Shown: positions 18,491 through 26,416 of the stretch, piece by piece
Layout: each line of letters begins with the position of its first letter
Numbering within the stretch: the first letter of the stretch is position 1
DNA from: Nitrosopumilus piranensis
GTDB taxonomy: Archaea; Thermoproteota; Nitrososphaeria; Nitrososphaerales; Nitrosopumilaceae
Direction: 5' to 3'
Length of the DNA: 32,000 bases
Assembly: GCF_000875775.1 (NCBI RefSeq)
Contig: NZ_CP010868.1
Location: forward strand, 1,127,707 to 1,159,706
The notes under the pieces: model-generated
The model's input: only the letters and a program-made list of their open reading frames with translations
What the model was told of the DNA's origin: nothing
The model's database searches: none
Made by a program: the position numbers and the translations under genes

Positions 18491-18517
18491 TAGGGAGATT
18501 GAAGGTGAAGAACAAAA

Positions 18518-18913
18518 ATGGTTAAAGAATTTTCATACAGAGGAATTCCAAAAGAAGAGTTAGAGAATATGTCATTAGAAAAATTATTCCAATTATTCAA
18601 TGCAAGACAAAGAAGATCACTTACCAGAGGAATTAATGATGGTAAAAGAAAATTAATTGAAGAGATCAAAGCTGCAAAAGCAGGCAAATTAAAAAATCCA
18701 ATCAAGACCCATGTCAGAGATTTGATTATCCTACCATACATGGTAGATGTTACAGTAAATGTTTTCTCAGGAAAGGAATTCAAACCAGTTCTAATTAGAA
18801 CTGAGATGATTGGCCATTATTTGGGAGAATATGTCATAACAAACAAGAAGGTTTCACACGGTGCACCGGGTGTCGGCGCATCAAGATCCAGCCTCTATGT
18901 GCCATTGAAGTGA
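18518..18913 (+). CDS. rps19: 30S ribosomal protein uS19
   Basis: 131 aa. FSYRGIPKEELENMSLEKLFQLFNARQRRSL...GHYLGEYVITNKKVSHGAPGVGASRSS is archaeal/eukaryotic S15-type uS19. Confidence 0.95.
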   Translation: MVKEFSYRGIPKEELENMSLEKLFQLFNARQRRSLTRGINDGKRKLIEEIKAAKAGKLKNPIKTHVRDLIILPYMVDVTVNVFSGKEFKPVLIRTEMIGHYLGEYVITNKKVSHGAPGVGASRSSLYVPLK

Positions 18914-18918
18914 TTATT

Positions 18919-19377
18919 ATGGGTAGATTCGATTACGCTTTTCAAAATTATGATGCAACAAGACACGTACGTTCATCATTAAGAGAAAAAGATATCTCAC
19001 ATAAGCACGCAAGAGAAGTAGCAGTTGCAATCAAAGGATTGTCAATTGAAAAAGCAAGAGACTACTTACAATCTGTCGTTCACAAAGACAGAGCAATTGC
19101 ATTTAGAAGATACAAGAATCAAGTCGGACACAAAGGTGATCCTGGAATGATGGCAGGACGTTACCCACAAAAAACAGCAAAAGAATTCATCAAAGTTTTA
19201 GATAATTTAGAATCAAATGCAGAATACAAAGGAATGGATTTAGATAGATTAAAAATTGTAAACGCAACTGTTCACAAAGGGGTTCTGATAAAAAGATTCA
19301 TACCAAGAGCAATGGGTAGAGCAACTCCAAAGAACAATGTATTGACTCACGTAGAATTGGTGGCCCAGGAGATTTAG
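18919..19377 (+). CDS. rpl22: 50S ribosomal protein uL22
   Basis: [22 protein letters not shown]...[11 protein letters not shown]...[10 protein letters not shown] is the uL22 pattern. The track start is GTG 18910, overlapping the rps19 stop; ATG 18919 is the alternative, so the start is uncertain. Confidence 0.92.
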   Translation: MGRFDYAFQNYDATRHVRSSLREKDISHKHAREVAVAIKGLSIEKARDYLQSVVHKDRAIAFRRYKNQVGHKGDPGMMAGRYPQKTAKEFIKVLDNLESNAEYKGMDLDRLKIVNATVHKGVLIKRFIPRAMGRATPKNNVLTHVELVAQEI

Positions 19378-19379
19378 AA

Positions 19380-20135
19380 ATGTCGTCAGTCAAGAATGTA
19401 ATTAAAGACAACTACAACATGATGCTTCTCAAAGATTATCTTAGAGAAGCAATCAAAGAAGCTGGATTTTCACATGCAGAAATTTCAAAGACACCAACAG
19501 GTACAAGAGTTGCACTTCATGTTACAAGACCAGGAATAGTTATCGGAAGAAAAGGTTCAGGAATCAGAGACCTTACAGATAAACTTGCAACTGATTTTGG
19601 ATTAAAGAATCCACAGATTTCTGTAGTGGAAATTGAAAAGCCAGAGTTATCACCAAGTGTAATGTGTAATAGAATGGCCTCACATCTTGAAAGAGGAACT
19701 GCGTTTAGAAGAGCGACTATGTGGACACTAAAACAAATTATGGAAAATGGCGCAATGGGCGTTCAAATTACAATTTCAGGTAAACTAAGAGGTGATCGTT
19801 CAGCTTTTGAGAAACATACTGCAGGAATCTTACCACGGGCAGGTCACCATGCAGAAGTAATAGTTGCTGAAGACATTGCACATGTCAATACAGCAATGGG
19901 ATTAATTGGAATCAGAATTAGAATTGCAAGAAAAGAAAAATTTGTTCCAGAATTTGAGATGAAAACGGAGAAACCAAAGAAAGCTAAACAGGTCAAAGAT
20001 GCAGATACTGGTAAGATGAGAGATGAAACTGCTGCTGAAAAGAAAGCAAGAACAGAATCAGAACAAATTGCACTAGAAGAAGAAAAAATGAAAGAACTTG
20101 AGACATTAGAAGAAGAGGAGGCAAAACTCAAATGA
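19380..20135 (+). CDS. rps3: 30S ribosomal protein uS3 with a long Lys/Glu-rich C-terminal tail
   Basis: 251 aa. KH domain [14 protein letters not shown] and [14 protein letters not shown]. The last ~60 aa are a charged low-complexity tail. Confidence 0.95.
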   Translation: MSSVKNVIKDNYNMMLLKDYLREAIKEAGFSHAEISKTPTGTRVALHVTRPGIVIGRKGSGIRDLTDKLATDFGLKNPQISVVEIEKPELSPSVMCNRMASHLERGTAFRRATMWTLKQIMENGAMGVQITISGKLRGDRSAFEKHTAGILPRAGHHAEVIVAEDIAHVNTAMGLIGIRIRIARKEKFVPEFEMKTEKPKKAKQVKDADTGKMRDETAAEKKARTESEQIALEEEKMKELETLEEEEAKLK

Positions 20136-20338
20136 CAAGAATTAGTATGAAGACAATCAAGAATCTAAATGAAAAAGATCTAAAAAGTAAGATTCAAGAA
20201 TCACGAAGTGAACTTTCAAAACTTAGAGTTGATGCAGCTAAAGGTACATTAAGAAAAGAAAGCGGCAAACTAAAACCACTACGACACGACATTGCAAGAA
20301 TGCTCACTAGATTAAACGAGATGAAGAAAGAGAAATGA
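20132..20338 (+). CDS. rpl29: 50S ribosomal protein uL29
   Basis: 68 aa. [27 protein letters not shown] is the uL29 helical hairpin pattern. Canonical position after uS3. Confidence 0.9.
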   Translation: MTRISMKTIKNLNEKDLKSKIQESRSELSKLRVDAAKGTLRKESGKLKPLRHDIARMLTRLNEMKKEK

Positions 20339-20601
20339 TTACAGCAGACAACATAACAGCACATGAATTTATTGGATTAAACACACAGATTGTTGAATCA
20401 ACCAATCCACAAGTAATAGGATTAAATGGAACAATTGAAAATGAAACAAAATCAATGTTCACAATTAACACAGAAAATGGAAAAAAATCCATTGCAAAAT
20501 CTACAAGTAATTGGAAATTCTCAATTGAAAATAACGATATAATTGTAAAAGGATCAAAGATTGCAAAAAGACCGTTTGATAGAATAGGAGCAAAGGCATG
20601 A
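20335..20601 (+). CDS. rnp1: RNase P protein component 1 (Rpp29/Pop4 homologue)
   Basis: 88 aa. HEFIGLNTQIVESTNPQVIGLNGTIENETKSMFTI fits the Rpp29 Sm-like barrel pattern (L.G..V.V..S......G..G.V..ET.N...I). Canonical archaeal slot between uL29 and uS17. Confidence 0.85.
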   Translation: MITADNITAHEFIGLNTQIVESTNPQVIGLNGTIENETKSMFTINTENGKKSIAKSTSNWKFSIENNDIIVKGSKIAKRPFDRIGAKA

Positions 20602-20921
20602 CTAGAGATATTGGATTAAAAGTAAAAGCACCAGAGAGAGAATGTACAGATAAGAATTGTCCTTTCCACGGAGGATTGGCAATTAGAGGTAAACTCTTTG
20701 ATGGCAAAGTAACAGGAAGTAAAGCAAAACAGACCATCACCTTACAAAAAGACGCACCAATTTACTTTAATAAATTCAAAAGGTATGCAAGAGGAAAAAG
20801 CAGTATTCATGCTCACGTCCCAGGATGTCTTGATGTAGAATCAGGAGATAAAGTATTGACTGCAGAATGCAGACCAATATCAAAATCAGTGTCCTATGTG
20901 GTAGTGGAGGTTAGATCATAA
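20598..20921 (+). CDS. rps17: 30S ribosomal protein uS17
   Basis: 107 aa. CTDKNCPFHGGLAIRGKLFDGKV...ECRPISKSVSYVVVE is archaeal S17. Confidence 0.93.
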   Translation: MTRDIGLKVKAPERECTDKNCPFHGGLAIRGKLFDGKVTGSKAKQTITLQKDAPIYFNKFKRYARGKSSIHAHVPGCLDVESGDKVLTAECRPISKSVSYVVVEVRS

Positions 20922-21343
20922 TGGCAAAGCAAGCAGGTAAGGGAGTAGAAGAATTCCGCCCATATGTAACTAAAGTTATTCCAGTCGGAGCAAATATTGT
21001 ATGTGCAGATAATTCTGGCGCTAAAATTTTAGAAGTAATTAACGTTCCAAGGCACAAAACAAGAGCATCAAGACTCCCATCAGCATCAGTTGGAGATTTT
21101 TGTAATGTTGTTGTAAAGAAAGGTCCAGCTGAATTAAGAAAACAAGTGTATGGTGCAGTTATAATTAGACAAAAATATGCAATTCGCAGATTAAATGGTG
21201 TAAGAGTTTGTTTTGAAGACAACGCAGCAGTACTAATCACTCCAGAAGGAGAAACAAAAGGAACAGACATCAAAGGACCAGTAGCAGCAGAAGCTTCAGA
21301 GAAATGGCCAAGAGTAGCTAACTTGGCATCAATGGTGGTATAA
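20921..21343 (+). CDS. rpl14: 50S ribosomal protein uL14
   Basis: 140 aa. VCADNSGAK...ASVGDF..VVVKKG and FEDNAAVLI are uL14 motifs. Confidence 0.95.
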   Translation: MAKQAGKGVEEFRPYVTKVIPVGANIVCADNSGAKILEVINVPRHKTRASRLPSASVGDFCNVVVKKGPAELRKQVYGAVIIRQKYAIRRLNGVRVCFEDNAAVLITPEGETKGTDIKGPVAAEASEKWPRVANLASMVV

Positions 21344-21347
21344 TAAA

Positions 21348-21836
21348 ATGAAACCAACAAAAATGCGTAACAAGATGATTTATCGTGCATCATACAAGAC
21401 AAAAAGTAAGCAACTTGGAAGTGCACTATCAAAAGATCTACATAAAAAATATGGAAAAAGAAGTGTCAGAGTAGTTGAAGGAGACAGCGTAACTATTCTT
21501 AGAGGAGAATTCAAAGGTGTAGATGGCAAAGTTTCAGAAGTATCTACAGAAAAAAGCAGTGTTGCCATTGAAGGAGTAAAGAAAGAAAAAACCAAAGGTG
21601 ACAAATTTGATGTTTTTATTCACACCTCAAATCTGCTTGTCACATCATTAAACACATCAGACAAATGGAGAATGGCAAAGTTGGAAGGTAAAGATCCAAC
21701 AAATCTACCTAAAGAGACACCAAAAGCTGCTGAAGAAACCGCTCAAGATACATCAAAGAAAGAAGAGTCACAGAAAACAGATACTAAAGAAACAAAAGTG
21801 GAGAAAGAATCACAAAAAAAGGAAGATGAGAATTAA
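21348..21836 (+). CDS. rpl24: 50S ribosomal protein uL24 (KOW) with an acidic/Lys-rich C-terminal extension
   Basis: 162 aa. The KOW segment [24 protein letters not shown] is followed by an ~48-aa tail ([47 protein letters not shown]). Confidence 0.9.
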   Translation: MKPTKMRNKMIYRASYKTKSKQLGSALSKDLHKKYGKRSVRVVEGDSVTILRGEFKGVDGKVSEVSTEKSSVAIEGVKKEKTKGDKFDVFIHTSNLLVTSLNTSDKWRMAKLEGKDPTNLPKETPKAAEETAQDTSKKEESQKTDTKETKVEKESQKKEDEN

Positions 21837-22552
21837 TGGTAAGCATTTCAGGTAGTAAAAAACTCAAACGACAAATGGCCCCTCAATTCTGGGGAATTAC
21901 AAGAAAAGACAAAAGATTTGTAATTACGGTAAGACCAGGCCCTCACAAAAAGGATCATTCAGTACCTACAGCAGTATTTCTTAGAGATATGTTAAAGATT
22001 GTCACAAGTCTTAGAGAAGCAAAAACTGCAATCTATTCTGGAAAAGTAAAGATTGATGGAGTTGTTAGAAAATCACTACATCACGCAATTGGATTAATGG
22101 ATATAGTGGAACTAGAAAATGTTCCAGATGTTTATCGTCTTGTGCCAACAGAAGGTAAGCTGCTAAAACCAATCAAAATTAACGATTCAGAAAAAACTAA
22201 AAAACTTGTTAGAGTTATCAGTAAAACTACAATTAACAAAGGAAAAATGCAAATAGGATTCCATGATGGGCGTTCAACAATTTCAGATACCAAAGTCAAT
22301 GTTGGAGATGTATGTTTAATTCAAGTTCCAGATCAAAAAATTCTTGAAGTAATTAAATTAGAAACAGGAAACCATGGATTAGTAACACGTGGAATTAACG
22401 CAGGCCAGATTGGAAAGATTGAAAGTATTGAAGAAGGCACATTCATCCTTCCAAAAAGAGTTATTCTGTCTTTAGGAGATAGAAAAATCGAAATTCCAGC
22501 AGACATCATCATGCCAATAGGAAAAGAGGAACCAATAATTCAATTAAAGTGA
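21836..22552 (+). CDS. rps4e: 30S ribosomal protein eS4
   Basis: 238 aa. SKKLKRQMAPQFWGITRKDKRFVITVRPGPHKKDHSVP is the eS4 N-terminus. Confidence 0.95.
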   Translation: MVSISGSKKLKRQMAPQFWGITRKDKRFVITVRPGPHKKDHSVPTAVFLRDMLKIVTSLREAKTAIYSGKVKIDGVVRKSLHHAIGLMDIVELENVPDVYRLVPTEGKLLKPIKINDSEKTKKLVRVISKTTINKGKMQIGFHDGRSTISDTKVNVGDVCLIQVPDQKILEVIKLETGNHGLVTRGINAGQIGKIESIEEGTFILPKRVILSLGDRKIEIPADIIMPIGKEEPIIQLK

Positions 22553-22556
22553 TCAT

Positions 22557-23078
22557 ATGTCTCAAACAACAGAATCCCCAATGAAAAAAATCTCTTTAGA
22601 GAAAGTAGTACTAAACATGGGAGTTGGTAAATCTGGAGATGTAATTGACATTGCAAGAAGAGCATTAGAACAAATTTCTGGTAAAAAACCATCAGCACGT
22701 AACGCAAAAGAAACACAAAGAGATTGGGGAGTAAGAAAAGGAGAACCAATTGGAGTTGCAGTTACAATTCGCGGTGATGATGCAAAAGAATTATTGAAAA
22801 GATTACTTGAAGCAAAAGGAAATACTGTAAATGGAAGATCATTTGATAATTTTGGAAATTATTCATTTGGAATTAAAGAACATATTGATATTCCAGGTGT
22901 GAAATATGAACCATCAATTGGAATTTTAGGTCTTGGAATTTCAGTTACACTAACTAGGCCAGGTTATGGAATTAGAAGAAGAAGCAAACACAAAGCAAGT
23001 GTTGGTAAATCTCACATTATTACAAATCAAGAAGCAAAGGATTATCTAGTAAAAGAGTTTGGAGTGACGGTAGCATAA
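22557..23078 (+). CDS. rpl5: 50S ribosomal protein uL5
   Basis: 173 aa. KKISLEKVVLNMGVGKSGD...FDNFGNYSFGIKEHIDIPGVKY is the uL5 pattern. Confidence 0.95.
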   Translation: MSQTTESPMKKISLEKVVLNMGVGKSGDVIDIARRALEQISGKKPSARNAKETQRDWGVRKGEPIGVAVTIRGDDAKELLKRLLEAKGNTVNGRSFDNFGNYSFGIKEHIDIPGVKYEPSIGILGLGISVTLTRPGYGIRRRSKHKASVGKSHIITNQEAKDYLVKEFGVTVA

Positions 23079-23257
23079 TGGCAAAAGATAGATCATACGA
23101 ATTTACAGGTAGAAAAAAGCACGATTTTGGCAGAGGTTCAAGATGGTGTAAAAGATGCGGAGACTATACAGCTGTTATACAAAAATACGACTTGATGTTA
23201 TGCAGACGATGCTTTAGAGAAGTAGCAACATCTCTGGGATTTAGGAAAAATAGGTGA
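23078..23257 (+). CDS. rps14: 30S ribosomal protein uS14 (zinc-ribbon type), absent from the supplied ORF track
   Basis: Own translation (59 aa): MAKDRSYEFTGRKKHDFGRGSRWCKRCGDYTAVIQKYDLMLCRRCFREVATSLGFRKNR*. Has a CxxC...CxxC zinc ribbon. The ATG overlaps the rpl5 stop (TAATG). Exact canonical slot between uL5 and uS8. Confidence 0.92.
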   Translation: MAKDRSYEFTGRKKHDFGRGSRWCKRCGDYTAVIQKYDLMLCRRCFREVATSLGFRKNR

Positions 23258-23261
23258 TATC

Positions 23262-23654
23262 ATGCCAGCAACTAACATTTTAGCAAATCTATTTGTCACA
23301 TTATACAATAACGAAACAAGAAGAAAAGGAGAGTGTACAATACTTCCAACTTCAAAATTGGGAATTGAAGTTCTCAAAACACTTCAAAAAGATGGATACA
23401 TTGGAGAATTCGAACATATTGATGATAAAAGAGGAGGAAAATTCAAAATCAAATTATTGGCAAAGATTACAAAATGTGGTGCAATTTCACCTAGATTCAA
23501 AGTAAAAACTGATGAGTTTAACAATTGGGAACAGCAATACTTGCCAGCATACGATAGAGGAATGCTTCTTGTTACAACTAACCAGGGAGTAATGTCACAT
23601 CATGATGCAGCACAGAAAGGAATTGGGGGATTTTTGATAGGATATGTCTACTAG
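23262..23654 (+). CDS. rps8: 30S ribosomal protein uS8
   Basis: 130 aa. NILANLFVTLYNNETRRKGECTILPTSKLGIEVLKTLQKDGYIGEFE is the uS8 pattern. Confidence 0.95.
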   Translation: MPATNILANLFVTLYNNETRRKGECTILPTSKLGIEVLKTLQKDGYIGEFEHIDDKRGGKFKIKLLAKITKCGAISPRFKVKTDEFNNWEQQYLPAYDRGMLLVTTNQGVMSHHDAAQKGIGGFLIGYVY

Positions 23655-24201
23655 TCAACTTGAAAAAATGCAAGATCAGGTGGAAATCCCAGAGGGAGTC
23701 AAGGTTACACAAAATAAACACATGTTATTGTTTGAAGGTCCACTAGGAAAAACACACAAAAGTTTTCGAAACATTCCAGTCAAAATTGACATTTCAGATA
23801 ATAAAGTAAATCTCAAAACAATTGGTGAGAGAAAAAGAGATTATGCAATTTTACACACTGCAAGATCAATAATCAGAAATATTTGTGAAGGTCTCGTAGA
23901 AGGATATACAATAAAGATGAAAGTTGTTTTTGCACACTTTCCAATCACAGTAAAAGTTGAAGGAAAAAAAATTCTAATTGAAAATTATCAAGGAGAAAGA
24001 GCACCAAGAACTACACACATCATGGGAAATACAAAAGTAATTCCTAAAGGTGAAGACGTAATTCTCACAGGAGAAGTTTGGACAGACATTACCCAAACTG
24101 CAGCTAATATAGAATTAAAAACCAAAGTAAAGAATAAAGATCACAGAGTTTTCCTAGACGGCATCTATGTCTATGAAAAGAAAAAAGGCATAGAAAAGTA
24201 G
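23644..24201 (+). CDS. rpl6: 50S ribosomal protein uL6
   Basis: 185 aa. IPEGVKVTQNKHMLLFEGPLGKTHKSF...KMKVVFAHFPITVKVEGKKILIENYQGER is the two-domain uL6 pattern. Last ribosomal gene in the window. Confidence 0.93.
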   Translation: MSTSQLEKMQDQVEIPEGVKVTQNKHMLLFEGPLGKTHKSFRNIPVKIDISDNKVNLKTIGERKRDYAILHTARSIIRNICEGLVEGYTIKMKVVFAHFPITVKVEGKKILIENYQGERAPRTTHIMGNTKVIPKGEDVILTGEVWTDITQTAANIELKTKVKNKDHRVFLDGIYVYEKKKGIEK

Positions 24202-24217
24202 ATTTTAGTTTTTTCTA

Positions 24218-24505
24218 ATGACCCTAGATCCTGAATTTGCCAAACAAACAACTGATTTAATTCAACAGACTTTAGAATTATACAAAAAATCAGGAGCTTC
24301 ACCAAGAGTAGGAGAAGTTTGGGATTGTGAAAAAATTGGTGATTTTTTGTGTGGTTTTTTTGTTGGCGAAATGGTAGGTTCTGCACTTAGTGCATTTCAA
24401 GTTGTTCATCAAAGAGAACCTACTGCTGATGAGCACTTGGAAATAATTGAACTAGTAGAAAGTCATTCAAAAGAAATCAAAGAATTTTTTGCCAAATTTA
24501 ACTAA
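24218..24505 (+). CDS. Hypothetical protein (95 aa)
   Basis: ATG ORF 16 nt after rpl6 on the same strand. Helical-looking, with one hydrophobic segment (FLCGFFVGEMVGSALSAF). No family recognised. It occupies the slot where eL32 would normally follow. Confidence 0.5.
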   Translation: MTLDPEFAKQTTDLIQQTLELYKKSGASPRVGEVWDCEKIGDFLCGFFVGEMVGSALSAFQVVHQREPTADEHLEIIELVESHSKEIKEFFAKFN

Positions 24506-24542
24506 TCTACTATAACTTTGGTCTAAATTGTATAGTCGCAAG

Positions 24543-24551
24543 GATTAAATC
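24543..24551 (+). promoter_or_regulatory. Candidate TATA box for tRNA-Asn
   Basis: gATTAAATc is centred ~30 nt upstream of the first tRNA nucleotide (24577). Position-based only. Confidence 0.3.
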
Positions 24552-24576
24552 ACTTTTACCGAGGTACAAACATGTT

Positions 24577-24653
24577 GCCGCCCTAGCTCAGCGTGGTAGA
24601 GCATCCGACTGTTAATCGGACGGTCGTCAGTTCAAGTCTGATGGGCGGCGCCA
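24577..24653 (+). tRNA. tRNA-Asn (anticodon GTT), genomically encoded CCA
   Basis: Hand-folded cloverleaf. Acceptor GCCGCCC/GGGCGGC. D arm GCTC-AGCGTGGTA-GAGC. Anticodon arm TCCGA-CTGTTAA-TCGGA. Variable loop CGGTC. T arm GTCAG-TTCAAGT-CTGAT. Discriminator G, then CCA. No intron. Confidence 0.9.
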
Positions 24654-24655
24654 CT

Positions 24656-24684
24656 TATTTCTAAACTCGAGTTTTGAAACATTT
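24656..24684. repeat. Palindrome family copy 1 (degenerate right arm), directly after the tRNA
   Basis: TATTTCTAAACTCGAGTTTTGAAACATTT. The left arm TATTTCTAAACTCGA is identical to copy 4. TTTCTAAACTCGAGTTTTGAAA (24658-24679) is a 22-nt palindrome with one T.T mismatch. Confidence 0.8.
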
Positions 24685-24724
24685 TATTTTGATTGTGTTA
24701 ACATATTACAAGGAGTGAAAAAAT

Positions 24725-24754
24725 AATATTTCTAAATTCGAATTTAGAAATATT
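24725..24754. repeat. Palindrome family copy 2 (perfect 30-bp palindrome)
   Basis: AATATTTCTAAATTCGAATTTAGAAATATT equals its own reverse complement (checked base by base). Intergenic, 88 nt upstream of the 24842 ORF. Confidence 0.9.
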
Positions 24755-24841
24755 GATCGGTTGACAGTAATTGGTTTACACTATTAGACAACATAGATCT
24801 AATAGATGATCGCATATTTAGAATAATGCAGGAGGTTTACA

Positions 24842-25090
24842 TTGGTCAGAACTAGAAGGGCCAACAGATATTGTGTTGACTGTGGCGCAAGACTAGTGTA
24901 TTACCCAAGATTATCAAACCCAAAAGCACCAAATGAACATCGCGTACTAGTTTATGCATGTCCAGATTGCACAGATGATTTTGAAAAACCAAAAATGTTC
25001 TCAATTAAACGAAACCAAGTAGAAGATCCATTAGAAACTGTTGAGATAGAAATTACACAGTTACAGAAAAAAGCAGCTACTGCAAAATAA
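24842..25090 (+). CDS. Small zinc-ribbon protein (82 aa)
   Basis: TTG start preceded by GGAGG 7 nt upstream. CVDC...CPDC form a Cys4 ribbon. Basic N-terminus MVRTRRANRY. No family recognised. Confidence 0.55.
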   Translation: MVRTRRANRYCVDCGARLVYYPRLSNPKAPNEHRVLVYACPDCTDDFEKPKMFSIKRNQVEDPLETVEIEITQLQKKAATAK

Positions 25091-25099
25091 TTTTAGGAA

Positions 25100-25327
25100 A
25101 TGACATATCCAGAAAGACAAAGAAGTAATCTATGGTTTTTGTTGCCAATATTTTTTGGGATAATAGGGGGGATTATTGCATATTTTATTTTGCGTAAGGA
25201 TGATCCCAAAAAAGCAAAAAATTGTTTGTATGTTGGAATTGCATTAATGATTGCAGGGTTAGTTTTTAATGCAATAATTGCATCACTCATACCTGAATTT
25301 GGCCCTGGTTTCAGAGTAAACGTTTAG
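25100..25327 (+). CDS. Small two-TM membrane protein (75 aa)
   Basis: LWFLLPIFFGIIGGIIAYFILRKDDPKKAKNCLYVGIALMIAGLVF. The hydrophobic helix - RKDDPKKAK - helix layout recurs in many small archaeal and bacterial membrane proteins (from memory). Confidence 0.6.
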   Translation: MTYPERQRSNLWFLLPIFFGIIGGIIAYFILRKDDPKKAKNCLYVGIALMIAGLVFNAIIASLIPEFGPGFRVNV

Positions 25328-25358
25328 CAAAAATGTTTAGTTCGCAGGTAAAGATTTA

Positions 25359-25390
25359 GAATATTTCAAAATTCGAATTTAGAAATATTC
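25359..25390. repeat. Palindrome family copy 3 (32 nt, one mismatch)
   Basis: GAATATTTCAAAATTCGAATTTAGAAATATTC. Lies between the 25100..25327 and 25450..25899 ORFs. Shares the exact 17-mer TCGAATTTAGAAATATT with copies 2 and 4. Confidence 0.9.
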
Positions 25391-25449
25391 AAAATTTAGT
25401 ACTAATCATAAATTTAGAATCATATAGAACCACTTTGCAATAATCCATT

Positions 25450-25899
25450 ATGAGTGCATCAAGAATGAGAGATAATGTTGAAAGATGGTTAATTCATGAG
25501 GGGTTATCCTTTGAAGATGTTAAAAATCCTGAAAATGTATTCCAGATTTTGGTAAAACATGCAGGTCCAGCAGGAGTGCCAGTAGAAATTTTTGAACCAA
25601 AGGCACAACAAGGAATCTTAGTAGTAGGATCTAAAGTGAACATGAAAAATAATCAGATTGCAAGGTATTTGGGGTTTAACGAAGAAGAGAAAGAGAAGTT
25701 TGAGAAAAAAGTAGCAGATTATTGTTATTCAATCCAGGCAATTAACAAAAATACCACAGAAGATGGAAAGCAAAAGATCGGGGTTTATGTTGTGTTAGAT
25801 AAAGAGGAAAACATCAATCAGCAAGGCCTGCTTGATACATTAGATAGAGTTTCAGAAATGCATGAAAAAACTGCAAGATTTTTGATGAAGACATTCTAA
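25450..25899 (+). CDS. Conserved hypothetical protein (149 aa), possibly YbjN/DUF2299-like
   Basis: Clean ATG ORF. Alpha/beta-looking sequence (VERWLIHEGLSFEDVKNPENVFQILVK...). The family assignment is from memory and weak. Confidence 0.55.
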   Translation: MSASRMRDNVERWLIHEGLSFEDVKNPENVFQILVKHAGPAGVPVEIFEPKAQQGILVVGSKVNMKNNQIARYLGFNEEEKEKFEKKVADYCYSIQAINKNTTEDGKQKIGVYVVLDKEENINQQGLLDTLDRVSEMHEKTARFLMKTF

Positions 25900-25959
25900 A
25901 ACATAGATGATTTATCAGTTCTACGCGGGGCTTATAACAAAAATTACCTATTTCATAAT

Positions 25960-26112
25960 ATGAAAAGAAATACAACAAAATCAAAACCAAGAGAGATTAC
26001 AATTTCTACAACAGAGTTGTCAAGATTTGGTATGGGGGTAATGAGCAGAGCCCTCAAAGTAGTTAATACTGCAAAAAAAGGCAAAATTACAATCAGATTA
26101 GAGAAGCAATAA
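25960..26112 (+). CDS. Possible 50-aa basic protein
   Basis: Own translation: MKRNTTKSKPREITISTTELSRFGMGVMSRALKVVNTAKKGKITIRLEKQ*. Followed 24 nt later by a hairpin plus T-run. Below the track cut-off. Confidence 0.35.
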   Translation: MKRNTTKSKPREITISTTELSRFGMGVMSRALKVVNTAKKGKITIRLEKQ

Positions 26113-26135
26113 ATCTCAAATTTTGTAATTTTAAC

Positions 26136-26158
26136 AAAAGGGATTTTGTCCCTTTTTT
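26136..26158 (+). terminator. Hairpin + oligo-T, terminator-like
   Basis: AAAAGGGA-ttttg-TCCCTTTT followed by a T6 run (26153-26158), directly downstream of the 25960..26112 ORF. Confidence 0.4.
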
Positions 26159-26186
26159 ATTAAATTTCGAAGTAAATATTGCCAAA

Positions 26187-26197
26187 CCCCCCCCCCC
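26187..26197 (+). repeat. C11 homopolymer tract
   Basis: gccaaaCCCCCCCCCCCatttagggg. An 11-nt C run in an AT-rich genome, followed by GGGG 5 nt later. Confidence 0.95.
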
Positions 26198-26244
26198 ATT
26201 TAGGGGCAAGCAGTAGGTAAAATCAACACATCTCAACATAAAAC

Positions 26245-26400
26245 ATGAAAATCAATTTTTTTCAAATTGATGAGAATTCAATAAATGAATCGTTTGAAAC
26301 TACCAATAATTTGTTTGAAGAGTTTAGAATTCTCTCATCTAAAATATTCATTCAAGTTTCAGAGTTTATAGGAGATATTACACAAAATTTTCTAAAATAG
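26245..26400 (+). CDS. Possible 51-aa acidic protein
   Basis: Own translation: MKINFFQIDENSINESFETTNNLFEEFRILSSKIFIQVSEFIGDITQNFLK*. Same strand as its neighbours. Below the track cut-off. Confidence 0.3.
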   Translation: MKINFFQIDENSINESFETTNNLFEEFRILSSKIFIQVSEFIGDITQNFLK

Positions 26401-26416
26401 AAGATTTGTTAGAATT

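Noticed and set aside
20911-21432. 173-aa minus-strand ORF antisense to rpl14 and the start of rpl24. It is strikingly long for an AT-rich genome.
   Set aside because: It is fully embedded antisense in two unmistakable, highly conserved ribosomal protein genes. Its sequence is low-complexity (Ser/Thr/Ala/Leu/Phe-rich) with no recognisable motif. Stop-poor antisense frames are a known by-product of the codon bias in highly expressed genes.
23293-23505. 70-aa alternative-frame ORF inside rps8.
   Set aside because: It is out of frame within a secure ribosomal protein gene and its Lys/Glu/Asn-rich sequence is typical of frame-shifted AT-rich coding DNA.
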